Assembly: GCF_964213995.1 (NCBI RefSeq)
Contig: NW_027590190.1
Coordinates: 558,001 to 622,000 of the forward strand
DNA: 64,000 bases
Reading direction: 5' to 3'
Source: Mustelus asterias
Lineage: Eukaryota
Shown: positions 48,827 to 61,124 of the stretch, in pieces
Position numbering within the stretch: position 1 is the stretch's first letter
How the letters are laid out: each line of letters begins with the position of its first letter
Notes under the pieces: model-generated
Told to the model about the DNA's origin: nothing
Database searches by the model: none
The model's input: the letters and a program-made list of their open reading frames with translations, nothing else
Made by a program: the position numbers and the translations under genes

Positions 48827-51800
48827 ATGGCTATCTAGATAAGTCTTAAACGTTCCCAGTGTGTCCACCTCCACCACCTTGCCTGGCAGCGCATTCCAGG
48901 CCCCCACCACCCTCTGTGTAAAATATGTCCTTCTGATATCTGTGTTAAACCTCCTCCCCCCGCCCGCCCCCCCCCCCCCCCTTTCACCTTGAATCTATGA
49001 CCCCTCGGGGGAAAAAGTTTCCCACCGTTCACCCTATCTATGCCTTTTATACACCTCTATTAAGTCTCCCCACATCCTCCGTCTTTCCAGGGAGAACAAC
49101 CCCAGTTTATCCAATCTCTCCTCATAACTAAGCCGCTCCATACCAGGCAACATCCTGGTAAACCTCCTCTGGACTCTCTCCAAAGCCTCCACGTCCTTCT
49201 GGTAGTGTGGCGACCAGAACTGGACGCAGTATTCCAAATGCGGCCGAACCAATGTTCTATACATCTGCAACATCAGACCCCAACCTTTATACTCTATGCC
49301 CTGTCCTATAAAGGCAAGCATGCCGTATGCTGCCTTCACCACCTTCTCCACCTGTGACGTCACCTTCAAGGATCTGTGGCCTTGCACACCCAGGTCCCTC
49401 TGCGTATCTACACCCTTTATGGTTCTGCCATTTATCGTATAGCTCCTCCCTACATTATTTCTACCAAAATGCATCACTTCGCATTCATCAGGATTGAACT
49501 CCATCTGCCATTTCTTTGCCCAAATTTCCAGCCTATCTATATCCTTCTGTAGCCTCTGACAATGCTCCTCACTATCTGCAAGTCCTGCCAATTTTGTGTC
49601 GTCCGCAAACTTACTGATCACCCCAGTTACACCTTCTTCCAGATCGTTTATATAAATCACAAACAGCAGAGGTCCCAATACAGAGCCCTGCGGAACACCA
49701 CGAGTCACAGGCATCCAGCCGGAAAAAGACCCTTCCACTACCACCCTCTGTCTTCTGTGACCAAGCCAGTTCTCCATCCATCTAGCCACCTCCCCCTTTA
49801 TCCCATGAGATCCAATCTTTTTCACCAGCCTACCATGAGGGACTTTGTCAAACGCTTTACTGAAGTCCATATAGATGACATCCACGGCCCTTCCCCCGTC
49901 AACCATTCCAGTCACTTCTTCAACAACTTCCCCACCACGGATGTCAAGCTCACCGGCCTATAATTACCTGGGTTAAATAACGGGACCACATTAGCTATCC
50001 TCTGGGACCTCACCTGTGTCCAGTGACGAGACAAAGATTTGCGTCAGAGGCCCAGCGATTTCATCTCTCGTCTCCCTGAGCAGCCTTGGATAGATTCCAT
50101 CAGGCCCTGGGGATTTGTCAGTCTTTATATTCTCTAACAAACCTAACACTTCCTCCCTTGTAATGGAGATTTTCTCCAACGGTTCAACACTCCCCTCAGA
50201 CACTCCCAGTCAACACATCCCTCTCCTTTGTGAATACCGACGCAAAGTATTCATTTCGGATCTCCCCGACTTCTTTGGGCTCCAAGCATAATTCCCCACT
50301 TTTGTCCCTGAGAGGTCCAATTTTTTTTTCCCCTGACAACCCTTTTGTTCCTAACGTATGAATAAAATGCCTTGGGATTCTCCTTAATCCTGTCTGCCAA
50401 GGACATTTCGTGACCCCTTTTTGCCCTTCTAATTCCCCGTTTGAGTTCTTTCCTACTTTCTTTGTATTCCTCCAGAGCTCCCTCCGTTTTTAGCTGCCTG
50501 GACCTAACATACGCCTCTTTTCTTTTTGACCAGTCCCTCAATTTCCCTGGTTATCCACGGTTCTTGAATCCTATCCTTTTTTACGGGCACATGCCTGTCC
50601 TGTAGCCCTAACAACTGTTCCTTAAAAGACTCCCACATGCCAGATGTGGATTTACCCTCAAACAGCCTCTCCCAATCAAGAGCTGCCAATTTCTGCCTAA
50701 TCCCACTAAAGTTAGCCTTCCCCCAATCCAACACCTTACCCTTGGGACACCACTCATCCTTTTCCATCGCTATCCTAAAGCTAACAATTGTGGTCACTAT
50801 TTGTCACATGTTCCCCTACCGAAACTTTGAAGACCTGACCGGGCTCATTCCCCAGTACTAGGTCCAGTATAGCCCCCTCTCGAGTCGGGCTATCTACATA
50901 TTGTTCCAAAGAACTCTCCTGTACGCATTTTACAAATTCCTCCCCATTCAGAGTCCCTGCTCTCAGCGATTTCCAGTCTATACCAGGGAAATTGAAGTCT
51001 CCCACTACAACAACCCTATTTTTCCTGCACCTATCCAGTATCTCCTGACATATCCGTTCTTCCACTTCCCTTGGGCTGTTGGGGGGCCTGTAGTATACCC
51101 CCAACATAGTGACTGCACCCTTCCTGTTTCTAAGCTCCACCCAGAGTGACTTGTTACACAACCCCTCTGAATTGTCCTCCTTCTGCACTGCTGTAATATG
51201 CTCTCTAACTAATACTGCTACTCCCCCACCTCTTTTGGCCCCTCCTCTGTCTCACCTAAAACACTTGTACCCCGGAATGTTCAGCTGCCAGTCCTGTCCC
51301 TCTTTCAACCAAGTCTCTGTCACTGCAACCACATCCAAATTCCTTGTGAGCATTAAGGCCCTAAGTTTGTCTGTCTTACCTGCTACGCTCCTTGCATTGA
51401 AGTATAAGCACTCCAGACCTCCAGGCCCAGTGAGGTCATCCTCCCCCAGAGTGCACTTCTTCTTTGCCAGCCTTGTCCCAGCCCCAAGCTCGTCCCCAGC
51501 CTCGACACTTGTAGACCTAATATTTTGATCCCCACCCCCCTGCCATACTAGTTTAAACCCCCCCCCGAACTGCACTAGCAAAACTCCCAGCCAGGATATT
51601 CGTGCCCTTCCAACTTAGTTGTGACCCGTCCTCCTTGTACAGGTGCCATCCTCTCCTGAACTTCCCATTGATCTAGGAAAATGAAGCCCTCCCTCCTGGA
51701 CCAGTCCTTTAGCCAAGCATTCAATTGTACTGACTCCCTATTCTTAGCCTCACTGGCACGAGGCATTGGGAGCAGCCCAGAGATGGCCACCCTGGAGGCC

Positions 51801-52911
51801 CTACTTTTTAGTCTATTTCCCAACTCCCTGAATTGCTCTCGTAGGATCCCCCTGTGCTTCCTATCTACGTCATTTGCACCAGTGTGTACAATGACATCCG
51901 TTTCTTTATCTTCCGCTTTTTAAGATGCCTCCTATCCACTTGGAGACATCCATTACCCCAGCACCAGGTAGGCAGACTACCATCCTGGAGTCCCGTTTGC
52001 ACCCACAGAATTGCCTGTCCGTGCCTCTAACCGACGCATCCCCCACCACTATTTCTCTCCTAATCCCTCTCTTTCCTTTCTGGGCCACAGAGCCTGACTC
52101 TGTGCCAGTGACCTGGTCACTGTGGCTTACCCCTGGAGAGTCATCCTCCTCCACACTATCCAAAACAATATACTTGTTTTGGAGGGGGACAACCACGGGT
52201 GACCCCTCCACTAATTGCTCACTCCCCTCCCCTCTCACACCTGTCGCCGAGCCCTTCCTATTATGAGAGACAGCCACTGGAGTACTCTCTGGTACATTAC
52301 CCTTCTGACCTTTACTCCTCCTAACTGTGACCCACGTGTCTTCCTCCCGATGCCCCGGTGTAACTAGTTCCCTATAACTCGTGTCAATTATTCTCTCATT
52401 CTCCCTGACGAGGCCAAGGTCAGCAATCTGCAGCTCCAGTTCCGTGACACGGTCCCTCAGGAGCTGCAGTTCCACGCACCTGGCACAAATGTGGTCCTCC
52501 GGGAGGCTCGGTGTTTCCAGGAACTCCCACATCCCACAGCGGAAGCACAGAACTGGCCTATCATTCATAGTTACCCTTTTCCTATATATGTTTGGATAAA
52601 AATAACTTGCCCTGCCTCGCCCTTACCGCCTAAGCCCTCTGAGCCAAAGCCCTGCCAGCTCCCACTCTGCTTCACTTGCTCCACTGCCCGCTCGTAAGTG
52701 CTGCCTGTCTTTTAAAGCCAGCAACAAACCTCCCCAGGCCTACTTCCGGTTTTGAAAAAAAAACCCTCCGATTTTACGCACAAAATTAACTGAAAAAAAA
52801 AATAAATCTCCACTAAAAAACACTCTCGCTTACCCACAGCTCTCTCTGTGGAACAGTGAGGCTGAAACCTCCAAGGCAATCCCTTTTTAAAGCCAGCAAC
52901 AAACCTCCCCA
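48827..52911 (-). mobile_element. Near full-length CR1 LINE (ORF1 zinc finger / leucine zipper / SGNH esterase; ORF2 APE-RT), frameshifted, lacking terminal tail
   Basis: ORF1 CFRCGMW...HICARC..LRDRVTELE, IVVGDA..RG, CLPGA; ORF2 LYFNARS, VTETW, GVYYRPP, GDFN, LDLVL, SDHN, DFSKAFD, KFADD. Confidence 0.93.
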
Positions 52912-55100
52912 GACCGAGTAACCTGGGGTACATCCCATCCGGACCCGGCGACTTATCTATCTTGATGCCATTCAAAGATTCCAGCACAACCTCTTAAAGT
53001 CCACATACTCAATCTTTTCAGTCCACCACAAGCCCGCAGTACATCCACCCAGGTCCTTCTCCTCTGTGAAAACCGAGGCAAAATACTCATTGAGCACCTC
53101 TGCCATTTCTACTGGTTCCGTACAGATTTTCCCACCTTCACCTTTTATAGGCCCTATTCCGTCACGTCTCATCCTTTTACTCTTCACATATTTATAGAAC
53201 GCCTTAGGGTTCTCCTTAATCCTACCTGCCAGGGCCTTCTCGTGACCCCTTCTGGCTCTCCTAATTTCCTTCTTTAGTCCCTTCCTACAAGTCGTATACT
53301 CTTCTAAATCCCTATCTTCGCCAAGCTCTGAGTCTTTTGTACGCTTTCCTTTTCTTCTCGACTAGGTCCCGCACAGCTTTCGTGCACCACAGTTCCTTTA
53401 ACCGACCAACACCTCCCTGTCTGCTCGGAACGTTGTTCTGTCGAACTCTAGACAGACATTCCTTGAAAAACTGCCACCTCTCTTCAGTACATTTCCCTGA
53501 GAATACCTCCTTCCAATTTACTCCTCTAATTTGCTGTCTAATGTCTTCATATTTCCCCTTACTCCATATAAACACTTTCCTAGCTTGCCTGATCCTCTCT
53601 TTTTCCAATGCAAGCCTAAAGGAGATAGAGTTATGATCGCTATCCCCAAGATGCTCTCCCACTGAGATCTGACACCTGTCCAGGTTCATTGGTCAGTATC
53701 AGATCAAGTACAGCCTCTCCTCTTGTAGGCTTGTCCACATCCTGTGTCAGAAAACCCTCCTGAACACACCTAACGAACTCTTCCCCATCCAATCCCCTTA
53801 CCCTCGGGATATTCCAATCTATGTTTGGGAAATTAAAGTCTCCCATCACAACAGCTCTGCTATTACTGCATCTCTCCAGGATCTGTTTCCCTATCTGCTC
53901 CTCCACCTCCCTGTTACTATTGGGCGGCCTATAGAAAACTCCCAGCAAAGTGACCGGCCCCTTCGCACTCTGAACTTCCACCCACAGAGACTCGGTGGAC
54001 AATCCCTCCACAGCATACACCTTCTCTACAGCTGTGACACTATCCCTGATCAGCAGTGCCACTCCACCCCCTCTCTTGCCTCCCTCCCTGTCCTACCTGA
54101 AACATCTGAATCCCGGCACCTGGAGTATCCAGTCCTGTCCCTGAGACATCCAAGTCTCCGTAATGGCCACCACATCATACTTCCAGGCATCGATCCACGC
54201 TCTGAGCTCATCCCCTTTATTCACTATACTCCTGGCATTAAAGTAAACACATCTCAATCCTTTGGTCTGAGCTCTCCCCTTCTCTATCCCCCGTCCATCC
54301 TCCCTCTTGCACTGCCTATAACCCTTCTCTGTTTGCGAGCTAACTTCCTCACTCTGATCCCCTCCCCCCAACCTATCGAGTTTAAACTCTCCCCAGTAGC
54401 CTTAGCCAACCTTCCTGCCAGGATATTGGTCCCCCTGGGATTCAAGTGCCACCCGTTTTTTGTGTACAGGTCACACCTGCCCCTGAAGAGGTCCCAATGG
54501 TCCAGGAACCTGAATCCCTGCCCCCTGCACCAGTCCCTCAGCCACACATTCATCCTCCACCTCACTCCATTCCTGTCCTCGCCTTCCCATGGCACAGGCA
54601 GCAATCCTGAGATTGCTACCTTTGCTTTCCTCCTCCTCAGCTGTCTCCCTAATTCCCTATACTCTCTTTTCATGACCCCTTCCCCCTTCCTACCCACATC
54701 AGCGGTACCAATATGTACCGCTACCTCCGGCTCCTCTCCCTCCCCCCTCAGGATTTCTGGGACTTGCCCAGCGACATCCTGAATCCCAGCCCCAGGGAGG
54801 CAGACCACCATCCGAGACTCCCGCCTGCCTCCCCAAAATCGCCTGTCCGTCCCCCTGACTGCCGAGTCCCCGATTAATACTGCCTTCCCCTCTTTTCTTT
54901 AGCCCTCTGAGTTACAGGGCCGGACTCCACTCCGGAGGCCCGGCCAGTGCTGCTTCCCCCAGGTGGGCTGTCCCCCCCCAACAGTACTCAGGCAGGAGTA
55001 CTTGTTGTGTAGGGGCACATCCACCAGGGTGCTCTCAATCACCCGAGCTTCACCCTTCCTGGCTGTCACCCACTTGGCCTCCTCCCGTGGACCACCTGAT
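52912..55100 (-). mobile_element. Second CR1 subfamily fragment (ORF1 3' half plus APE domain)
   Basis: VVCLPGA...VHIGT (esterase), YFNARS, ITETW, FYRPP, GDFN, SDHN, ending at KSPGPDGMYPRLL. Confidence 0.9.
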
Positions 55101-58100
55101 GATAGGGACACGAACATTGGGGTGTCGCCCCAGTCCCCCGACATGCTAAAGAAGTCCAGGTTGTAATCGACCGGGTGGAACGGAGCCGCGGGGGCCCCGC
55201 TGCCACCCGGTCCCGGGGACTCCTCGACGGGGGACTGAGGCAGCACGCGTTTAGTTTTGTGCTGTGCCTTGCCCCCTTTTTTCTGGGGACAAGGCACAAA
55301 GACAGGTGGGGGCACGGCAGGAGATGACTCACAAGGGGGGAGGGGCACGCAGACCTCGAACACCGCGGTGCCCGAGGGGCCCTGTCTCTTTTTGTTAACC
55401 TGTCCTCGGGCAGGTGAGGCCCCTCGCCCTCCGCCCCTCTTCACCTTGCCGCACCCCCCCTGTCCCCCGTCATGTCCCCCCGAGGTGGCGGCGTCGCCAG
55501 TTTTGCCGGCTCGGGGTCGCCCACCCCCCCCATGCTCGTGCCCATGATCCCAGGCATCCGCGTCGCCGGACCCAGCACTAGGCCCCGGAGAGCCCACGGG
55601 CCCGGCAGATGGTGGTGGGGGGGAGGCGCAGGTGGAAACTGAGGTGGTCCCCGAGCTGGCTGCCGGGGTGGTTGGGGTGTCTTTCTTGGGGGCCGGGGTT
55701 CCGGTACCCCCCTTCTTTTTGATTATGCCCTTCTGGGCCTTTTGGCCACGCGGAGGCTCCGCTCTCCCCCCGCCGGCAGCTGAGGTGACAGCTGCTGCCG
55801 GCGTGGCCTCCCCTCGCGGGGGGGCAGATGGTACTCGTTTGGGGGGAGAGGGGGCTGCGGTGCCAGCTGCGGCTGCCTTGGGTTGGCGTTCGGCGGCCTT
55901 GGAGACGGGGCTGTTTTTCCTCACGTGCCCCGGCTCCTTACAGGCATGGCACCGCACACCGTCCGCGGACCAAAAGACCTGGTAAGTGGTCCCCTCGTGG
56001 GGGACATTGAACCCTCCCTCCAGTTCCTCCTCCCGGGCCAGGCGGACAAAAACCTGGCGCCGGAAGGAGTATATGTGGCGGAGGGAGGGGTCCCGAAGGC
56101 TGAGCGGGATCGGCTGCACCCCGGACCTGACCTCCCCCAGTAGATGGAGGTGGGGGAGGAGGAGCTCACTCGGTAGGAAGGGCGGGACGTTCGATATTAC
56201 AATCTTGTGGGCGGTGGCCTCCAAAGGGTCCACCGCCAGGAACGTCCCGCCCACCGTGAGCCCCTTCTCCAGGGCGAGGCGAACCGCCCGCTCGGCCTTC
56301 AGGAAAAATACGGCCTGGCCGTACATCTTTGAGGCCGCGACAATGGCTGAGGGGCCGACAACCCCAGCCATTGCCTTAACGCAGGCCTCGATAGACATGT
56401 CGGGGTGGGCGTAGCACTTCACCCCGAGCTGCCGCGTGATTAAAGAGAATGGCGGCAGGGGCTCTGGCAGCCGCCACGCCCACATAGGTGGGCCGAGAAG
56501 GCCCTGCCACCGGCGACGCTGGCGATGTTGCCATCCTTCCAAGGGAAGTGCTACGCCCACCCCGAGACTGCCCAGATGCACGGCAGGGTGTATGTGGGAT
56601 GGGGAAGATAAGGCAGGGTGGGGTAGGCGGGGAGGGGTGTAGGTGCTCTCTCCCCGGAGTGAGAGAGGGAGAGAGGAGGTTGGAGGAGCAGGAGGGAGAT
56701 GAGGCACAAGGCCGGTGCCCCAGTCAGGAGGGAAAAAGGGGAGGGGTGCCGGTCCTGGGGGCAGCAGCAGTGGGTGGGGGACTTCGGTCTTCTGGCCCTG
56801 TCGGGCGTACACTGTTCAAAAAGTCCACAGGGTCTTCACCCCCCCCCCCCCCCACTGCAGATGTTAAAGTCCGAGAATGCCTTCGCCCCCCCCCCCCCCC
56901 CCCTCCAGTCACTCCTTGTCCTCTCTTCCTCCCTCCCTCCGGGGAGAGTGCACCCTCCACAGGTCAGACGGCGGGTGGGCGGGCCAGACGGCAGACGGGC
57001 GGGCTGGCAGGCGGGCAAGCCAGGCAGGGCAGGCCGGGCGGGCAGGCAGGCAGGCGCTCACCTCCCTCCCCGCAGGGAACGAAAAACAAACAAACCAAAA
57101 CAACACAAAAACCGGGCGTCTCCGTGAGCAAAGACTGCAAAATAAAGTTACTCAAAAAGAAAAGAAAACAAACCCAAAGTTTCCGCCCGGTTCTGACCCG
57201 GGGCCTTCCGCTACACGGGCGAACGTGAATCCACTTTACTCCGGAAACAAAGTGTAGGTGTTGTCCTCTTTTTAGGTCAAACCAAACCAAGTAAACAAAC
57301 TCAGATTAAATCAGGACAAAGTAAAAGGGGCAGCTCCCAAAAAGGAGGGGGAACAGCCCGAACAGAAATCAAAGTACAAAGGAAACTTAAAAACATCAAA
57401 TTAAAATGTGATTATTAGGGTCAATAATGCACCCCAACCCCTGCGGTGCCCAGCGGGCGCGGAAAGCGTCAACCTCGCCCGTGGACACCGCATGCTCCCT
57501 CTTCAGGGACACCTGGCCGCGAACGTAGCCGCAGCAGAGGGGCAGACAGTCAGGATGGACGGCCCCCTCGATCGCCCGCAGCCTGGACCGGTAAATGGCG
57601 CGTTTCGCCAGGCCCAGGAGTAGGTTCACGAGGAGGTCGCCATCCCGACCCTCCCCTCTCCGCACTGGGTGTCGGTAGATCAGGAGCGTGGGACTGAAGT
57701 GCAGACAAAACATCAACAAAAGGTTCTTCAGGAAAACATAAAGGGAGTTGCAGCCTAAGACACTCAACATAGACATGGTCCACGGACTCCACAAGGCCAC
57801 AGAAAGGGCAGTCTTCGGAGCCCGTGAACCAGTGAATCCTACGGTTGTGCGGAACTGCTGCATGCATCACCCTCCACCCCAGGTCCCCGACGTAATTGGG
57901 GGAGATCCCTCCGTAGAGGGACCTCCAGTGGGGACCTCCGCCGCCCGGCGGCAACAAGGCCCGCCAAGGTGTATCCGGGCGACAGGCGAGGAGGCGGTAG
58001 TGGAAGGTGTGCAGCAGCAGCCCGCACAGGAAACGCCTCCGCGCGGTAGAAAAAGGCACGGAGGGCATTTCCGCGAGGCGGCTCAGGCTGTGGGGCACCT

Positions 58101-58850
58101 CACCCAGGGGGGGGCTGAGGCTTTGGGCCAATGTGGAATTCCGTCCGAACAGGGGAACGCTCGGGCGGGATCCCACCGCACGCCTGCGCCGTCTCCAGTT
58201 TGCGTGCAGTTTCGGGGCCGAGCACGACCATCCTATGGCTTTGGTCGCGCGCCGGACGGTCGTCCCCGCGCGCTCAGCCAGCACGCGGGGACTCATCCAG
58301 CCCGCTCCTCCGCCATCGAGCACGTCCCCGATTCTGGTCACCCTGGCGTCCACAGCCCTCCTCTCTGCCAGCCACCTGAAGTTATACGGCTGGAGGAGCG
58401 GATTCCTGAGCAGCGGCTCTCGCACGAGAGCCGCTACTCCTGACGGGGGAGAGCTGCGTCGCGAGGTGACCTTGTTCCAGACAGTGAGGAGGTCCTGGTA
58501 AAAGACGGGCAACTCCTGCAGGGTGGTCGAAGCACGCCCCAGTTCGATATGCAGGAGCTGCACGTCATAATTGAGGCCGTGCCACTGGCGGAAGAAATAC
58601 GTCGCCATGGCACACCACTGTGGAGGGGGCTCAACGTAAAGGTACCTCTGCAGGGCCTGGAGGCGGAAGGTCGCTATCTGAGTGCGGAGGCACACCAGAC
58701 CTTGTCCGCCCTCCTCAAGCGGGAGATACAGGACCGCAGCAGGGACCCAGTGCAGTCGATTGCCCCAGAAGAACCGCAGGAGGGTTCTCTGGATATCGGT
58801 GACAAAGCCAGGGGGAGGGGTCCGTCAATACAAATTGGCTTCAAAATATC
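55101..58850 (-). mobile_element. Tx1-clade LINE tail-to-head junction: ORF2 3' part (58850-57396), UTRs, then ORF1 (~56534-55101)
   Basis: ORF1 VGPSAIVAASKM..AVFFL, ISNVPPF, SFRRQVF, CHACKEPGH knuckle; ORF2 LQALQRYLY, LPVFYQDLL..W, EPLLRNP, CPFCG..ESVDH. Confidence 0.88.
57179..57248 (-). tRNA. tRNA-Val-derived pseudogene / tRNA-like structure (anticodon loop reads GTG)
   Basis: GTTTCCG-GAGTAAAGTGGATTCACG-TTCGC-CCGTGTA-GCGGA-AGGC-CCCGG-GTCAGAA-CCGGG-CGGAAAC aligns to vertebrate tRNA-Val; followed by T-runs. Confidence 0.75.
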
Positions 58851-60289
58851 ATGGTCATGTTCAACTGCAACAGTTTTCCAGCTGGGAATCCTAAGGAATC
58901 CTAAGGAAACCAGGTAAGCAGGAAAATCACAGCCTGGCTGGAGGGGCTGATTGAATAGGGAGGGAAGGGGGCAGGAATGAAGGGTTTGGAACGGACTGTC
59001 GAAGATCTTCACAATTCAGGATTTCACTGTAACCGGTGGAGCAGCAATGTTTATGAATTGAAATGTTCACACGAACACTGTCAGTCCCAGTCTGGATCCC
59101 TGCAGCGACTTCAGCTCTCTCCATTTGGACTGAACTGATTATTAAACAGCCTGAAACAGATTAAAGATGAAACAGGAAATAAACAAATTGAACAACAAAG
59201 TAACAGGAGACTGGAGTTAATAGGACAAATCTTTTGGTCGTTGGATCGCCAGAGACCAGACACACAACTGAAGATGAGCATCAGGAACCTCTGGCTGTCC
59301 TGATGCACTGATCCACATAGGAATCGACCCAGAGCTATTAACCTTTATTGGGGAATACCTCCAAAATGTAAAAGCTTATTGCTGTGTATGTAAATGTGCA
59401 ATGAAGATAAATGTACTGGCGAGAGAGATCTTCAAACTCTTCAATATTTGAAACTGTATGAACAAGGGATTGTATGGAATCAGGTAAAGGGATAGTCTGA
59501 AACAATCATGTTGTATTCCTGACTCAGATGAAGAGAAAAGGTGGTGTAAATATTGGGGATTCAATTGAATTAATCTCATCAAATTGACCAATTGGCATGT
59601 TAAACAGGCCCAACTCTGATGTAGGGGGATAAAAGTAGAGGTTCCAAAGGTCTTCCCTGCTGGCCAAATACTGAAGAGTCCCGAGGCTGAGTTTCAAGGA
59701 AATTCCTGTCAAAGAAGGAGCCAGACTCCCGAGGCTGAATTCCACAAAAAGTCCTGTCAAAGAAGGAGCCAGAGAGGGTTAACCTTCCAGACTGATCACC
59801 CACATCAAGTTATAAAAGCCAATGTCTTAAAGTGGTTCAGTGAACCTTTTTCATGAATAAACTTCTTTTTAAATTTACTATCCAGAGAATTCTGCCTTTG
59901 TCTTAATTGGTTAAAGTCTTGTTTGAACCAAAGTGAATTTAATAAATGACAAGATGGGGGTGGCTGAAATCAATTCAGTTCCAGATAACAAGATCAGAGA
60001 ACAGAAATCTTCAATTTATAAACTTACATTTCTACAGAGCCTTTCACAACCACAGGGCATCCCAACATAGCATTGTGTTTAATTCTATCCTGATTGTTAT
60101 AAAGTTAGTTTCTCTGTGCGGTCTGTTTAATTTATTGTCACATGTATTAGTATACAGCGAAAAATATTGTTTCTTGTGCGCTATACAGACAAAGCATACT
60201 GTACATTGGAAAGGAGAGAGTGCAGAATGTCATGATACAGTCATAGCTAGGGTGTAGAGAAAGGTCAACTGAGGTAGGTCTGCAACCAA

Positions 60290-60720
60290 TAGCCTTTTCC
60301 AGCTCAAGTGACAATTTCAGGGGAGCAACTTTGATGATGGGAAGGCCAACTACTCTCCTGATCCCATCATACACCGCACAGAGATTTCTGTTGCCACAGA
60401 CAATTTGTATTTCTTGAAATAGGCTGATCAAATGATTACTTGCACAATCGCTCCCTGTTTTTTACATATTTGTCCTGGCTACATTCAAGTGACACAGTGT
60501 TCCAGCTTTTCGGTTGATGTTGTACTTCAGGTAGACTTTGCTTTTCGCTTCAATGACAGATGTCATCTCTGCTGAGTGGGTCTCAAACCATCTTTGCAAC
60601 TTTTACCAAATGTTGCCACTGCTGTGTCAGAAATGAGAGAACTCAGCGACTTCCAAGTTTCATCAGTATCAGTGTTGATTGATGAAGATTTTACTGATGT
60701 GACTGTGAAATATTTTTCTG
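60290..60720 (-). mobile_element. Degenerate RTE-like LINE ORF2 fragment
   Basis: WKSLSSLISDTAVATFGK...; EIQIVCGNRNLCAVYDGIRRVVG resemble the APE-RT linker. Confidence 0.5.
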
Positions 60721-61124
60721 TTTTGTTCAATGTACCTTGATAATGTAATAGAGTTCCCATTGTAAAGAATATTTAAGTCAGTGAGAATCGTCAGCAAAGA
60801 TTAATCAGCATTTAATAATTGGAGATGGAACATTTCAACACTGAGTTGTAGATTTTGCATCAACGATCAACATGGAATTCAAGTGGAGGTTGATCATTTT
60901 ATTGCAAACTCATACCTGTTGAGAGTTCTTGAGTTAGAGAGAAAGATCACAGATGGTGCTTTTAAATAGGGACTCAGCAGCCCCAAAAATCAAGCTCTTT
61001 CCACAATATTACAGTTCTGTCTGCGATAGGGCTGTTAACACCAGCAGAAACAAACCAAATAAAAAATAGACTAACAATCCTAGGTGTGCTTAACAGCAAA
61101 TAACAATATAATCCAACTCCTGCA

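Noticed and set aside
57179-57248. Functional tRNA-His(GTG) gene
   Set aside because: Body is tRNA-Val-derived; it lacks U33, the TTC T-loop / B box and a proper D arm, so it is not a credible translator tRNA.
58850-59950. Possible solo LTR (TATAAAA, AATAAA, short tandem duplication at 59675-59775)
   Set aside because: No TG...CA boundaries, TSD, PBS or second copy could be identified.
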